A stretch of 64,000 bases of DNA from Malacoraja senta (lineage: Eukaryota). Positions 36,797-50,800 of the stretch are shown here, one piece after another. Each line of letters begins with the position of its first letter. Within the stretch, counting starts at the first letter, position 1. Location: positions 682,001-746,000 of the forward strand of contig JAXLNO010000073.1 of assembly GCA_038087875.1 (NCBI GenBank). The letters run 5' to 3'. The notes beneath the pieces are model-generated. The model had not been told where the DNA came from. It made no database searches and saw only the letters and a program-made list of their open reading frames with translations. The position numbers and the translations under genes were made by a program.

Positions 36797-37402
36797 AAAG
36801 GCCTGTCTCACGAGTCTGCGGTCTATGGCGGCGAAACGGGAGGAATCTGCCGCCATAGACCGTGCATTCGTGAGAAAGTACAATTCCCGGGCCGTGCGGC
36901 GGTGTTCCCAACACCGCGCGGTGCTAAAATAGAAACGACAATGTCCAAAACAAAATACTCACCGCACAACCTCCACCAGTGATGCACGAGTGCGCACGGC
37001 CGCTCGCACGGGCCGCCGCCAGTGTGGGTCGAGCGCCGTGCGTCAAACCTCCTCTGCCACAGCCTCCGCCAGTGACGCACGTGCCACCGCCAGTGAGGCA
37101 CGTGTGCTGCGCGGCCGCAGTCACAGCCACCGCTACAGCGCCGCGATCAGGATGGCCGCCGCCACAGCCGCCGCGGGTGAGTCACGTGCGGCGGGCCGAC
37201 GTCATCGCAGTCGGCCCGCCCTTTTTTTACTTACCGCAAGCACGTGGGACCCGCCGTGTTTGAATTAACTCGGCCCCCGCGCAACATCCGTGCGGCGCTC
37301 CGGTGGATTGGCTCGACGCTCTCGCCGTTGCCGCGCAGTCCTCGCTATCGGCGACGCCGCGCTTCACCGCCGATGACCGCAAACAGGTAAGACAGAGCCT
37401 TT
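36797..37402. mobile_element. CpG-rich MITE-like element with imperfect ~40-bp TIRs
   Basis: Left end AAAGGCCTGTCTCACGAGTCTGCGGTCTATGGCGGCGAA; reverse complement of the right end AAAGGCTCTGTCTTACCTGTTTGCGGTCATCGGCGGTGAA. Confidence 0.65.
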
Positions 37403-38619
37403 ACTGTGTAGGAAGGAATTACAGATGCTGGTTTACACCGAAGATAGACACAAAATGCTGCGGTAACTCAGCGGAACAGGCAGCATCTCTGGATAGAAGG
37501 AATGGGTGACGTTTTGGGTCAAGACCCTTCTTCAGACTGAGAGTCAGGGTAATAGGAAATGAGAGATATAGAAGGTATATAAGAACAAATGAATGAAAGA
37601 TATATAATCTGGGTTAAAACATGTTCGTAGTGCCAGAGATCAGGAGGAATCACAGTGGGTGCAGTGAGAGGGTGTGGTAGAACTCTAATTGCAGAGAGAA
37701 GAACTTCTTCAAAGTGGACCTACCTTGAGGGATTTTCGCAGTGGAGCGGACAACCACAATTTAAGGGAAGTAACTGCAGTTGCTGGCTCTGCTCTGCCTC
37801 AACGTGACAGTTGTAGCACCTCTTCCAGCTAAACTGGGCTAATATGTGTGACTAACAGAAGCCACAGTTTGAAGAAAAAGGTCAGCAATGTGCCACAGCT
37901 GGTAGAGTTGCTGCCTCACAGCGCCAGAGGCCCAGATTCAATTCTGACCTCAGGTAGGATTTCTCCGGGTGCTCTGGTTTCCTTCCACATTCCAAAGATG
38001 TGCATGTTTGTAAGTTAATTGACTTCTGTAAATTGCCCCTAGTGTGTAGGTTGTGAATGTGGGATAACATAAAACTAGTGTGTGGGTGACTGATGGTCGG
38101 CATGGATTTGGTGTGCTGATGAGCCTGTTTCCACGCTGTATCTCTGAACTAAAGTAAGCTGCTGCCTCACAGTGCCTGAGACCCCAGGTTCGATCCTGAC
38201 CTCGAGTGCCCTCTGCAAAGAACTTCCACACTCTCCCCTTGACCGCATATGTTTCCTCCGAATGCTCTGGTTTGCTCCAGGATTTCCTCTAGATTTTCAC
38301 ACGGTCACGGGGTGAATGCACAAGTTCTGCACAGAGGCTGCCCTCTAGTCAGGATCGAACCCAGGTCTCTGGCACTGTAAGTTTGCAGCTCAACCACTGT
38401 TCACTGTTATCTAAACAGAGTTGAGCTTTCTAAAAGATAGACACAAAATGCTGGAGTAACTCAGCAGGACAGGCAGCATCTCCGGATAGAAGGAATGGGT
38501 GATGTTTTGGGTCGAAACCCTTCAGACTGCAGGGGAGAGGGAGACACAGAGGTAAGGAAGGGTGAAAACCAGACATCAAAGCAGATGCTGATGAAGGAAA
38601 ATGCAGAATAGATCATTGT

Positions 38620-39235
38620 TAGACAATAGACAATAGGTGCAGGAATAGGCCATTCGGCCCTTCGAGCCAGCATCGCCATTCAATGTGATCATGGCTGATC
38701 ATCCCCAATCAGTACCCCGTTCCTGCCTTCTCCCCATATCCCATATCTTTAAGAGCCCTATCTAGCTCTCTCTTGAAAGCATCCAGAGAACCTGCCTCCA
38801 CCGCCCTCTGAGGCAGAGAATTCCACAGACTTACCACTCTCTGTGAGAAAAAGTGTTTCCTCGTCTCCGTTCTAAATGGCTTACTCCTTATTCTTAAACT
38901 GTGGCCCCTGGTTCTGGACTCCCCCAACATTGGGAACATGTTTCCTGCCTCTAGCGTGTCGAAGCCCTTAACAATCGTATATGTTTCAATTAGATCCCCA
39001 CTCATCCTTCAAAACTCCAGAGTGTACAAGTCCAGCTGCTCCATTCTCTCAGCATATGACAGTCCCGCCATCCCGGGAATTAGCCTTGTAAACCTACGCT
39101 GCACTCCCTCAATAGCAAGAATGTCCTTATTCAAATTAGGGGACCAAAACTGCACACAATACTCCAGGTGTGGTCTCACTAGGGCTCTGTACAACTGCAG
39201 AAGGATGTGGTCTCACTAGGGCTCTGTACAACTCC
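38620..39235 (-). mobile_element. CR1 LINE 3' fragment
   Basis: [16 protein letters not shown]...GYGEKAGTGY* and (AGACAAT)n tail. Confidence 0.9.
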
Positions 39236-39869
39236 TCTGTTAGCTAGGAGTAGGTGACAAGCATACAGAGATAATGTGTGTAAGAAGGAACTGCAGATGC
39301 TGGAAAATCGAAGGTAGACAAAAGTGCTGGAGAAACTCAGCGGGTGCGGCAGCATCTATGGAGCGAAGGAAATGGGCAACGTTTCGGCCCGAGGGAGGAA
39401 GTATAGGGACAGGTGTTGCATCTCCTGCGGTTGCTGGGGAAATTGCCTGGGGAGGGGGTGGTTTGGATGGGAATGGACGAGTTAACAAGGGAGTTGCAGA
39501 GGGGTACGGTCTCTGTAAAAAGGGAAGGATATGGGAAGATGTGGCTAGTGGTGGCATCCCGTAAGAGGATATTACAACAGATTAGTAAACATAGTACTCT
39601 GTAAACCCGATAATAAACAGGAAAAAGTTCAGTATACATAGAAAACAAACAATTATAGTGCAGTCAAAAATAATGTCCCAAATCTATGCAGTTTGGAGCC
39701 AATCTGGAGATTGTAGTGTTTAATAGCCCGATGGTTGTAGATGTTACTTCTAAACCTGAACGTTACAGTTTTCAAGTACTCCTGTACATTCCTCCCGATG
39801 GCAGGAGTGAAATGAGATCATGGCCAGCGTGGTGTGGGTCTCTGATGATGCTGGCTGCCGTTTCAAAGA

Positions 39870-42800
39870 CCAACAGCCTGGGGAGGGAAAACAATCAGGA
39901 CTGGGCCAATGCGATAAACATGTTTTTTAATGGATTTGATGGTGGGACCTCTGACCACCCTCCCCCCCCCCTGCTCCCCAACAGTCTCCCTCCCCCCATC
40001 CCCCCCCCCCTCAATCCCCCGATCCACTTCCCTTTATTTGACACGCCTGACAACACACCCGGCTTGAGATCTAACTACTCCTTTGGTTTACATATGTTTC
40101 ATTCGCAAGAAGACATACCTGGCCATCAAGGCTGAGCAGGTGAAGACGGAGCAGACTCCGCCCAGACAAAGCCACGGGTCCCGATGGTGTCAGCCTTAGG
40201 GTGCTCAAGGCATGTGCCAGTCAGTTGTGCGGAGAACTCCAGCATATCTTCAAGCTGAGCCTGAGCCTGGAGAGTGTTCCTGTGATGTGGAAGACATCCT
40301 GCCTGGTACCTGTACCAAAGAGGACGCGTCCCAGCTCCTCCAATGACTACAGACCGGTGGCGCTGACTTCACACATCATGAAGTCCCTGGAGAGGCTGGT
40401 GCTCACTCACCTGCGACCCCTGGTTAAACCGTACCTGGACCCCCTGCAGTTCGCTTGCCAAACAAAGATGGGGGTTGAGGACGCCATCATCCATCGTTCC
40501 TATGCTCAACTGGATAAGCCAGGGAGCATTGTGAGAGTCATGCTTTTTTACTTCTCCAGTGCTTTTAACACCATCCGGCCTGCACTGCTAGGGAGCAAAC
40601 TGACAAAGATGTCCCATTGATGTGCTCGATTGATCAGCAACTACCTGACTGGACGACCACAATATGTCAGGCTACATAACTGTGTCTCGGACATGGTGGT
40701 GAGCAACACAGGGGACGGCCCTCTCTCCCTTCCTGTTTACCAGCTACACCTCGGACATCAGATATAACTCCGTCTCCTGCCACCTGCAGAAGTTTTCAGA
40801 TGACTGCAACAAAGCTTAACTTTTTTTCCCTGTTGCCAGTCGGGCAACCTTGGCAGCTTTTTAGGTTGCCAAATGACAGTTTAGGTGGTCATTTAAGATG
40901 GCGTGCAATAATGTGCTCGGACGAAGTGCATAGTTACCAGTCGGAATTATACTCAATGAAGCATTCACATATTATTTCTGCTTCAAATAAAGTCACAAAC
41001 TAAACATATTCACCAATCAAGACATGATATATCCCACAATGACATGCAGCAAAATTATAAGACAGTGTCTCAACTCTTTTTACACATTGCAATTAATGCA
41101 ATTTCTATTAGTTCTTTCCACTTCCAAACAAAAATGTGGTTGGATTATTCAGCGTATGATCAACCTGTGTCAATAAATCCTGGACCATGGTAACATATAT
41201 GCGTACATATAGTTGTGAATGTTGCTCATTAAATAACTACAGTACTGATACTCCATATTAAGAGCATTGATTAGCCGTTAAAATGAATTCTGTAATAACG
41301 TGTCAATGGTAGCAGTGACAATCGAACACTGCGGTTTTTAATGTTTCATGTGTTCACAATTTAATTAATCCATCTTTATGGATTAAAACAAATAATAACT
41401 GGGAAAACACATTTCATTGCATTCCGTTATCAAACATAGTCAATGTTCGCTCTGAAGACATTTCCAGCACAATAGGGTCAGGGAGGGGGGTGTGTGTGAA
41501 TCAGTGCGGGGTGGATAGATGGGGGGGGGGAGGGGGGGGGATTAGAAAGCAGTCGGTGCAGAATGGATGAATTGAGGCAGGTGAATTAGTACGTGTTGGT
41601 TGGAGTAGGTAAAATTGTGAGGGGAGAGCATGGGGGATGTCAGTGGTGTTGAATGGGGGGGTTCAGTACGGGATGGATGGGGGTAGACAAAAGTGCTGGA
41701 GAAACTCAGCGGGTGAGGCAGTATCTATGGAGCGAAGGAAATCGGCAAGGTTTCGGGTCGAGACCCTTCTTCAGACTGTTCCCCCCCATTCTTCTTGAAT
41801 GTGAGGATCAGTACAGGATGGTTGGGGGGGGAGAGCGCAGGATGAATGGGGGGGGGGGGGTCAGTACAGTGTGGATCGGAGGGTCTGTGCAGGATGAATG
41901 GGCGATCACTACAGGATGAAGGGGGAAGGTGCAGGGTAAATGGAGGGTTGGTCAGTACGGGATGAATGCGTGGATTAGTACAGGATGGATGGGGATTAGT
42001 ACAGGATGGATGGGGGATCAGTACAGGATGGATGGAGGAGACGTGCAGGATGGATGGGAAAGGGGTAAGTACAGGGTAAATTGGGGAACCAGTGTAGGAT
42101 GGATGGGGGGGGTGGTAGGAGAATCAATGCGAGGTGGATAGGGTGATCAGCGCAGGATGAATAGATGGGGGGGGTAGATGGGGAGGGGGGCACAGGGGAT
42201 GTCAGTGAGGACTGAATAGACGCGGGAATGGGGGTCAGTGCGGGGTGGAGTGGTCCCAGGATAAGGGGGTGGAGGGGGCGTACAAGAGAGAGAGGGAGAG
42301 GGAGAGGGGGGCGAGGTGGGGAGGAAGGAAGGTCAGCGCACCTCGGACAACATCGCCCCGCTGCCTTGGCCGTTGGGAACTCCTCGCCACCGCCTCCCTC
42401 CTCCGCCAGCCAACAGCAAGGTGCGGGGCCGGGCGATGCAGCTCAGAGACCCTATTGCTTTCGGATCTTTGGTGCAGCTGCTTCAGACGGGTCAGAGCGG
42501 ATGACGGGCCCCGCACAGCGGCAGCAGCGGCTCCACCGCCAACTCCTCCCGCCCACCCTGATAAGGGCCGCTGCTTGCAAACCCGCTTTCGAAACAAACC
42601 CTCCCGCACGCCGAGGCCGGGAGGGAGGGAGGGAGTGGCAGGCAGCGGCCCTTATCAGGGAGGGAGGAGGAGGAGATGGAGCCGCTGTCGCGCTGTTCGG
42701 AGCCCGTCATTCGCTCCGACCCTTCCTCACCCCGCATCTAGTATCTTTGCCCCGCACAGCCGCCGCCGACACGAAACGTCACGTTCCTATTCTCCAGAGA

Positions 42801-43795
42801 TGCTGCCTGACCCGCGGAGTTACTCCAGTTTGTTGTGTCTATCTTCCGGTAGAAACCAGTATCTGGTTGCCAAGCCGGGCAAAATGACTCGGTGTTTAGG
42901 TTGCCCGGCATCGCTTTGAGTGGTCAGTGGCACCCGGGCAACCGCTAATTTCGAGCCCTGCTGCAATTGTGGGCTGCATCAGTGAGGGGAGGGAAGCTGA
43001 ATACAGAGGTGTAGTCAACGACTTTGCTGAATGCTGTGGGCTGAATCACCTGCAGCTCAACACCGACAAGACTAGTTAGTGGTGGACATTGGGAGGAGAG
43101 GAACACCCCTGTCCCCTGTCTCCATCAATGGTGTGGATGTGCAGTTTACTAGGGAGTACAAATATCAGTGAGTGTACCTGGACAGTAAACTGGACTGGTC
43201 CAGGAACGCTGATGCCCTGTACAAGAAGGGACAGAGTTGCCTGTACTTTTTTTAGAAGACTCCACTCCTTCAACGTCTGCAGTGAGATGCTACAGATGTT
43301 CTACCAATCGGTGGTGGCCAGTGCCGTCTTCTTCGCTGCCGTGTGCCGGGGCAGCAGGGCGAAGGCCGCGGACACCAATGGGGCCAACAAACTCATCTGG
43401 AAGGCCTGTTCCGTCCTGGGGGCGGAGTTGGATTCACGGCATGTGGTCTTGGAGGGGAGGATGCTCCTCAAACTGTGGAGCATCCTGGACAATACAGCTC
43501 ACCCCCTCCTTGACACGCTGGTCAACCTGAGGAGCACCTTCAGCAACAGACTGGACCCACCAAGATGCAGCACAGAACGCCACAGGAGATCCTTCTTCCT
43601 TGTGGCTATCAAACTACAACTCCTCCCCCTTCTGTCGTGGGGTAGATTGACTCTTCCCCCCCACCCTCCCCAATCTTTGCACACCCCCAATCCTTTCCAC
43701 TCGTCATTTTAGTTTCATGTTTCATGTATTTTGTGTCTATGACTGTTGGCAGATCAATTTCCCTCCTGGGATAAATAAAGTTCTATCGTGTCGTT
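39870..43795 (+). mobile_element. Rex1/Babar-like LINE (RT region to 3' end), split by a 2.15-kb insertion
   Basis: WKTSCLVPVPK..NDYRPVALTSHIMKSLERL and FSSAFNTI; QKFSD|..AIVGCI is split by the insert. The 3' end matches the 2240-2860 fragment. Confidence 0.88.
40810..42960. mobile_element. Putative non-autonomous DNA transposon (hAT-like end CAGGGCTCGAAA on the minus strand)
   Basis: Interrupts the Rex1 RT. CTGCAA is duplicated at 40804-40809 and 42961-42966. GGTTGCC/GGCAACC motifs cluster near both ends. The left TIR is degenerate. Confidence 0.55.
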
Positions 43796-43974
43796 GAAAC
43801 ATAGAAAATAGATGCAGGCCCTTCGATTTATAATCTTATATTTATCCACATTATACTGCATCTGCCCGCTCACCCAATCGATCCAAGTCACCCTGCAGCT
43901 TCATAGCATCCTCCTTGCAGCTCACACTGCCGCCCAGCTTCGTGTCATCCGCAAACATGGCGATGTCACATTTA

Positions 43975-44570
43975 GTCATAGAGTGATACAGCGTAGAAAC
44001 AGGCCCTTCAGCACAACCTGCCGACCAACATGTCCCAGCTACACTAGTCCCACCTGCCAGCGCTTAGTTTGTGTCCCTCAAAACATGTCCTATCCATGTA
44101 CCGGTCTAACTGTTTCTTACACGTTGGGATAGTCCCAGCCTCAACTACCTCTTCTGGCAGCTCGTTCCATACACCCACCACCCTTTGTGTGAAAACGTTA
44201 ACCCTCAGATTCCTATTAAATCTTTTCCCCTTCACCTTGAACCTATGTCCTCTGGTCCTCGATTCCCCTTCTCTGGGCAAGAGATTCTGTGCATCTACCC
44301 AATCTAATCCTCTCATGATTTTATACACTATAAGATCACCCCTCATCCTCCTGTGCTCCAAGGAATAGAGACTCAGCCTACTCAACCTCTCCCTGTCGGT
44401 CACACACTCTAGTCCTGGCAACACCCTTGTAAATATTTTCTGAACCCTTTCCTGCTTGACAACATCTTCCCTGTAACACAGTGCCCAGAACTGAACACAA
44501 TACTCTAAATGTGGTCTCACCAACGTCTTATACAACTGCAACAAGACCTCCCAACTTCTGTACTCATATT
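43975..44570 (-). mobile_element. CR1 LINE 3' fragment
   Basis: ORF 44044-44598: [20 protein letters not shown]...WNELPEEVVEAG. Confidence 0.9.
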
Positions 44571-46759
44571 TAATTCCGTATGGTAAGACTTGGACCATTT
44601 GCCGGCGTTACATAGAAACATAAAAAATGGCACTTCGAGCCATTCAATCTGATCATAGCTGATCATCCAAAATCAGTACCCCAATCGTGTTTCTCACCAA
44701 ATCTCTTGATTCCGTTAGCCCTAAGAACTAAATCTAACTCTCTCTTGAAATCATCCAGTGAATTGGCCTCCATGTGGCAGAGAATTCCAGATTCACAATA
44801 CTCTTGGTGAAAAAGTTTCTCCTCATCTCAGTCCTAAATGGCCTACCCCTTAATCTTAAACTGTGACCCCTGGTTCTGTACACCCCACAATCATCGGGAA
44901 TATTTTTCCTGCATCTCGTGTAGCCTGTCCAATCCCTTAAGAATTTTATATGTTTCTATTAGATACCCTCTCATCCTAAACTCCCGTGAACTCCAGTTTG
45001 CCAGTGTTTGGGGCCGGTATTGAGAGTGTGGTGCTGGAATCTGCCTTCGAACCACACACACACACACAGGCAGGTTTGTTTTGTTTAACTGTACACTTTA
45101 TTTTTTGATGTCCGACACTCAAATTACAAAAAAAATGACGCCTGTGGACGTCACGGAACACATCGAAGTTCATGAAACGCACCATAACATCTACTCACTA
45201 GCACAGAGCACAGGGCTAGCACATCCTGACACACGTCCAAGGGAGATAAATCAAATGCTGGAGGACTTGGGGAGAGACAGGGGAGGGCGGGGGGGCGGAG
45301 AGACAGAGAGAGGGGTGAGGGGTAGACATAGAGGGGAAGGTGGGAGGGGGAAGTAAGGGGAGAGACAGAGTGAGGGGGAAAGACAGAGGGGAGGGTGAAG
45401 GGTAGAGGGAGGGGGGAAATGGGGCTGGGGAGAGAGAGAAGAGGGGAGGGAAATGGGAGACAGAGGGGGGGGTGAGGGGGGAATGGGAGACGGGGGGGGT
45501 GTGAGGGGGTAAGAATCAGAGGGGAGGGGGATGGAGATGGTAATGAGGGGAGAGTGAGAGGGGGAGGGGGAAAGGGGGGAGAGAAAGGGGGTGATGGGGG
45601 AGATGGGAGGGCTAGCAAGCCTTGACAGATGTCCAAAGGGGATAAATCAAAAGCTGGGGGCCTCGGGGAGAGACGGGGGGGGGGGGGGTTGTGTTAGGGG
45701 GAGAGTGTGAGAGACAGAGGGGAGGGGGAAATGAGGGGAGAGACAGAGGAGAGGGAGCGGGAAATGGGGGGAGAGACAGGGAGGGAGTAGGAATTGGGGT
45801 TTGGGGGTGAGAGGAAGAAGAGGGGGTGGGAGGGAGGAGGAGATTGATGGGTGGAGGGAGAGGGAGGGGGGGAGAGAGGGAGAGGGGCAGGATATGGGGG
45901 AGGGTGCAGAGTTGGGGGTGAAGCTGGGCAACGATAAGATGGGGAGGGATCAGAGTTGAGGGGGGTGGTGAGATGGGGGGGAACGATGGTGGAGGGGGTC
46001 AGAGTTGGGGGGTAACAGGGAGAGGGGAGGATGATGGAGGAGGGGTCAAGAGGTCAGACGTAACAGTGGGGGGGAAGGGGGCGATGGAGGTGGGAGGCCA
46101 AGAGGTCAGAGTTGAGAGGTAACGGGGAGGGAGGACGATGGAGGAAGCGGGTCGGTGTTTAGGGGTAAGAGGGGGAGGCGTCGAGGTCAGAGTTCAGGGG
46201 AGGATGGTGGTGAGGGGGTAACGGGGAATGATGATGCGGGGGGTCAAGGGTCAGAGTTGAGGGGGGACACTGGAGAGGTCAGAGTTGAGAGGTAACGTAT
46301 AGGGGGGATGAAGGAGGAGGGGGGGGTCGAGGGGTCACAAAATGGCGGAGAAAACATATTTCTACAAAGACGTACGTAAATACAAACAGACAATTTCTCA
46401 TCTAAACGACTACTGGTGTCCCCAGCACACAGCGTTGCTGTCGGGTACAAGAGGTTAACAAGATACAGAACATTACAAAGCTAAACCCAGGACAATATAA
46501 TAAAATATACAATTTCACTTTGGATAGCTGAGGTCAAAGGTTAAAGTTCACTTTGGCTGGGTAACTGGATAGAAACACTGAAGGTAGTGGAGTTGTGGAT
46601 TCTGAAGTCTCTTTGGTTTTAGTCCGCAAGAAAAGCGTTAGTTTCTTTTAAAATTACATATCTCACTTATTACAAACACTTTGTTTTCTAGCTTTGGGTT
46701 AGAGCTGTGTACAGGTCAGTGTTTCCGCTGATTGGCAGACAGGGGCAGCACAGTCTTGA

Positions 46760-47700
46760 CCTTGGCCCCATCTCCTTGTCCCTTCGCCCAATCCTGCCCC
46801 CTCTCCTTGTCCCTTGGCCAATCTTGCCCCATATCCTTGTCCCAGCTCCTTGCCTTTTGCCCCATCTTCTTGTCCTTTGGCCCATCTTGCCCCAATCCTC
46901 CCAATGTCCTTGTCCCATCTACTTGCCCCTTGGCCCATCTTGTCCCCTCTCCATGGTCTATCTCCTTGTCCCATCTTTCCCCTCTCCATCTTGCCCATCT
47001 CCTTGCCCCTTCTCCTTGCCTCTCCATCTTGCCCCATCTCCTTGCCCTTGGCCACATCTCCTTGCCCCATCTCCTTATCCCATCTACTTGCCCCATCTCC
47101 TTGCTCCTTCTAGTTGCCCCTTGGCCCATCATGTCCCTTCATAGCCCCCTCTCCTTTCCCCTTGGCCCATCTTACCCCATCTCCATTCCCCCTCTCCGTC
47201 TTATCCCATCTCCTTGCCCCAATATTGCCCCCTCTCATTGCCCCAATCTTGCCCCCTCTCATTGCCCCAACCTTGCCCCCTCTCATTGCCCCAACCTTGC
47301 CCCCATCTCCTTGTCCCTTGCCCCATCTCCTTGCCTGTCTCCTTCCCTCCTCTCCCTTCTTGCCTTCCCCCTTTCCTTCTCCCTCTCCCTCCTCCACCCT
47401 CTCCTTGCCTTCCTTGCCCTATTGATGTATCTCCCTATGTGCTTTATCTCTGCCCTTTCCTTCTGTCTGCCCCCTCTCTCTGCCCCTCTGCCCCCTGCCC
47501 TCTCTCTGCCCCCTTCCTCCTCTCTCTCTGCACCCTCTGCCACTTTGTTGTCCTCTCTGCCCCCTGCCCTCTCTCTGCTCCCTTCTCTCTCTCTCTGCCC
47601 CCTCTCCATCGCCACCACCTCTGTCCTCACCCTCTCTGACTCCCTCTGCCCCCCCCCTCTATCTGCCCCCTCTCTCTTTCTCTGCCGCTCTCTCTGCTGT
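46760..47700. repeat. Pyrimidine-rich degenerate minisatellite (CCCCATCTCCTTG-like)
   Basis: Direct reading. Confidence 0.8.
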
Positions 47701-49389
47701 GCCAGCCTGAGAGAGTGGGGGGGGGGCGGGGGGAGAGAGAGGAGGGAGACCATCTTCCACCCTATCTGGGCCAGGGGCGAAGGGGTCAAGGGACGGGACG
47801 GTGCAGGAGGGATGGACAGGTCCCTGGTTCAAATCCCCAGTGCGCACAAACGTAAAATCACCCAGCTCAGAGCAGTACCCTCATCGACGAGTTTGGTACC
47901 CTTCCCCTCCCTCCCTCCCTCCTCCCTCCCCTCCCCCACCCCTCCCTCCCTCCCTCCCTCTCCCACCCAACCCCACAACCAGGTACCACAGTTTTCTCTT
48001 TGGTTGTCGAACAAAAGATAACACACACACTTTTTTCCTTTCGATATATTTTTCCCCCTCTCTAAGCGCGGTAGTGGGGGAAAAACACAATAGCCTTTTG
48101 CTGAAGGAATACTAGCGACGAGACCTTTGGTAAATTCCTTTTTTTGAGGTTTTGTTAGATTTGTGTATAAAGTGTTTTTTTATCTCTCTCTCTCTCTGTC
48201 TCTCTCTGTCTCTGTTTGGTTTTTACTGTTCTGAAAGCAGAAAGCATTTAAGACACTCGCAGTGTGACCTGCCACCCTGCAGTTTAACTGTCGGCATCTC
48301 CGAAAATAGAAGGGGATCTTCGGAAATGGCAAGAGATGGCACCAGTGAACAGGGCACAGCTTGGCACGGCGCGGGCAAGAGGGAAGCCAGGCTGCTGTTG
48401 GCACTGAGCGACACACACACACCACCCTGTCTGAGTAGCTCACCTCTCCCCAAGGGCAAAAGATTGACGCGGAAAAACCGCTGGAGCGGCATCTCCTGGA
48501 GAGAGGGCGGACATTTGGGGGCAAGAGACAAAACCCTCCCCCCCATCTACCCCCCCCCCTCTCTCTGGATCCAGTGGACGTTTCCCCGAGTGGGAGAGAC
48601 CTTTGGACCAGAGGGAGCAGCCTCAGAATGAGAGCTTTTGGGGGAAGGAGATGAGGAATTCCTTCAGTCGGAGGGCGGTGAATCTGTGGGAGGTCGGGAC
48701 CCTTCACTGGAGGGGAGAGTCTAGGACCAGAGGGCACAGCCTCAGAATAAAAGGACGTTCCTTTAGCATGGAGGAGGAATTCCATCAGTTGGAGGGCGGT
48801 GAATCTGTGGAATTCTTTGCCACGGAAGTCTGTGGAGGCCATGTCAGTGGATATTTTTAAGACGGATTCTTGATTAGTACGGGTGTCAGAGGTTATGGGG
48901 AGAAGGCAGGAGAATGGGGTTGGGAGGGGGAGGTAGATCAGCCATGATTGAATGGCGGAGTAGACCTGATGGGCTGAATTGCCTAATTCTTCTCCTAGAA
49001 CTTATGAACTGTCAGTTTAAGGCCCCCTCTGTCTCTCTCCCTTCGTTACTCTGCAATCTCTAGTTTAGTTTGGAGATACAGCGCGAAACGGGCCCTTCCG
49101 CCCACCGAGCCTGCGCCGACCCGCGATCCCCCCGTTTACACACTAGTTGTGCCCTTCATACACTCGGGGGAGGGGGGGGGGCAATTTACAGAGGGCCGAT
49201 TAACCTACAAATCTCTTTTGGAGCATGGCTGGGAACCGGAGCACCAACAGGTCACGGGGAGAACGTACAAACTCTGCACAGACAGCACCCGTGGTCAGGA
49301 TTGAACCCGGGTCTCTGGCGCTGTGAGGCAGTGGCTCTACTGTTCCCTCTCTGGATTCTCTCCCTGTATTATGCCATGTACTGTACACA

Positions 49390-50800
49390 TCCTCAACACC
49401 ACTGGATGCTCTTGTCTCTTTGGGTGCACTGGGTTCTCTCTGGGTATCGCACTCCCTCTGGTTTACACTGCGTGGCACTATTCCTTTTTTGGATCACACT
49501 GGGATTTTTTTTCTGGATTACACTGGCTGCATCTCCTTCTGTTTGGATGAAACTGGGTACCCTGGCTCCCTCTCTGTCTGTCTCTGTAACACACTGGGTG
49601 TTTACCCCTTTTCTTTGGATTCTTTTTCCTAAATCACACTGGCTGCTTCTCCATGTTTTGGATGACACTGGATGCTCTCCCTTTGCCTGCCTCTGGATTA
49701 CACTGGGTGACATCTTGTTTTTGGATTACACTGGATTTTTTGAGGGGGTTACACTAGCTACTTCTTGGAAGGCCATGGGTGCTCTGGCTCACTCTCTGGA
49801 TCACACTGGATTTCAACCCCTTTCTTTGGATTGCACTGGATCCTTTCCTTGGTTACACTGGCTCTGGCTGCTTCTCTCTTTTTTAGATGGCACTGGGTGC
49901 TCTGGCTCTCCTCTCTGTCTGCCTCTGGCTTACACTGGGTGACATCCCCTGTCTTTTGATTACACTAGATTGGGGGGGAGGGGTTTACACTGACTCTTTT
50001 TCCTCTGATGATACTGGACGCTCTGACTGTATTACACTGGATCTTTTATCTCCTGTCTTTGGATTACTGTTTTTTTTTTGGGGGGGGGGGGGGGTTTACA
50101 CTGGCCGCCTCTCCACCTGTTTGGGTGACTAGATGCCCTGGCTCTCTGTCTTGTATTACACTGCGTGCTTCTCTGTCTTTGGATTACACTGGGTTTTTTG
50201 GGTTACATTGGCTGCTTCTCCTGTTTTGAATGACTCTGCATGCCCTGGCTCTCTGTATTACACTGGGTGCTTCTCTGTCTTTGGATTACATTGGATTTTT
50301 TGGGTTACACTGGCTTTTTCTCTGTCTGTTTCACTGGATGCTCTGTCTCTGTATTACTCTGGGCACAGCCCTGTCTTTGGATCATACTGAAGTGGGGTGA
50401 TACACTTGGCCGACTCTCCCCTCTGTTTCGACCCTGCCTCTGTAATACACTGAATGCTTATCTGTCTTTGGATTACACTGGTTTGAGGGGGGCGAACACT
50501 GGCTGTCTCCCCCCTCTGTTTCGACCCTGGCTCTGTAATACACTGTATGCTTTATCTGTCTTTGGATTACACTGGTTTGAGGGGGGCAAACACTGGCTGT
50601 CTCCCCCCTCTGTTTCGACCCTGCCTCTGTAATACACTGTACGCTTTATCAGTCTTTGGATTACATTGGATGGAGGGGGGGGGGCTTACACTGGCTGTCT
50701 CCCCCCTCTGTTTCCAATGACACTGGATGCTCTGCTGCTGGATTATACCGGGCGATTTAACCCTCCCTCCCTCTGTCTTTGGATTCCACTGGATTATCGT
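49390..50800. repeat. Degenerate minisatellite with a GGATTACACTGG core
   Basis: Recurrent TTTGGATTACACTGG motif; three ~92-bp higher-order copies at ~50400-50720. Confidence 0.75.

Noticed and set aside
42228..42919. GC-rich 219-224-aa ORFs
   Set aside because: Inside a transposon-like insert, low complexity, no recognisable domain or splice structure.
44975..46458. piggyBac-like element ending in GAGGTTAA
   Set aside because: No convincing matching left TIR or TTAA could be identified by eye.
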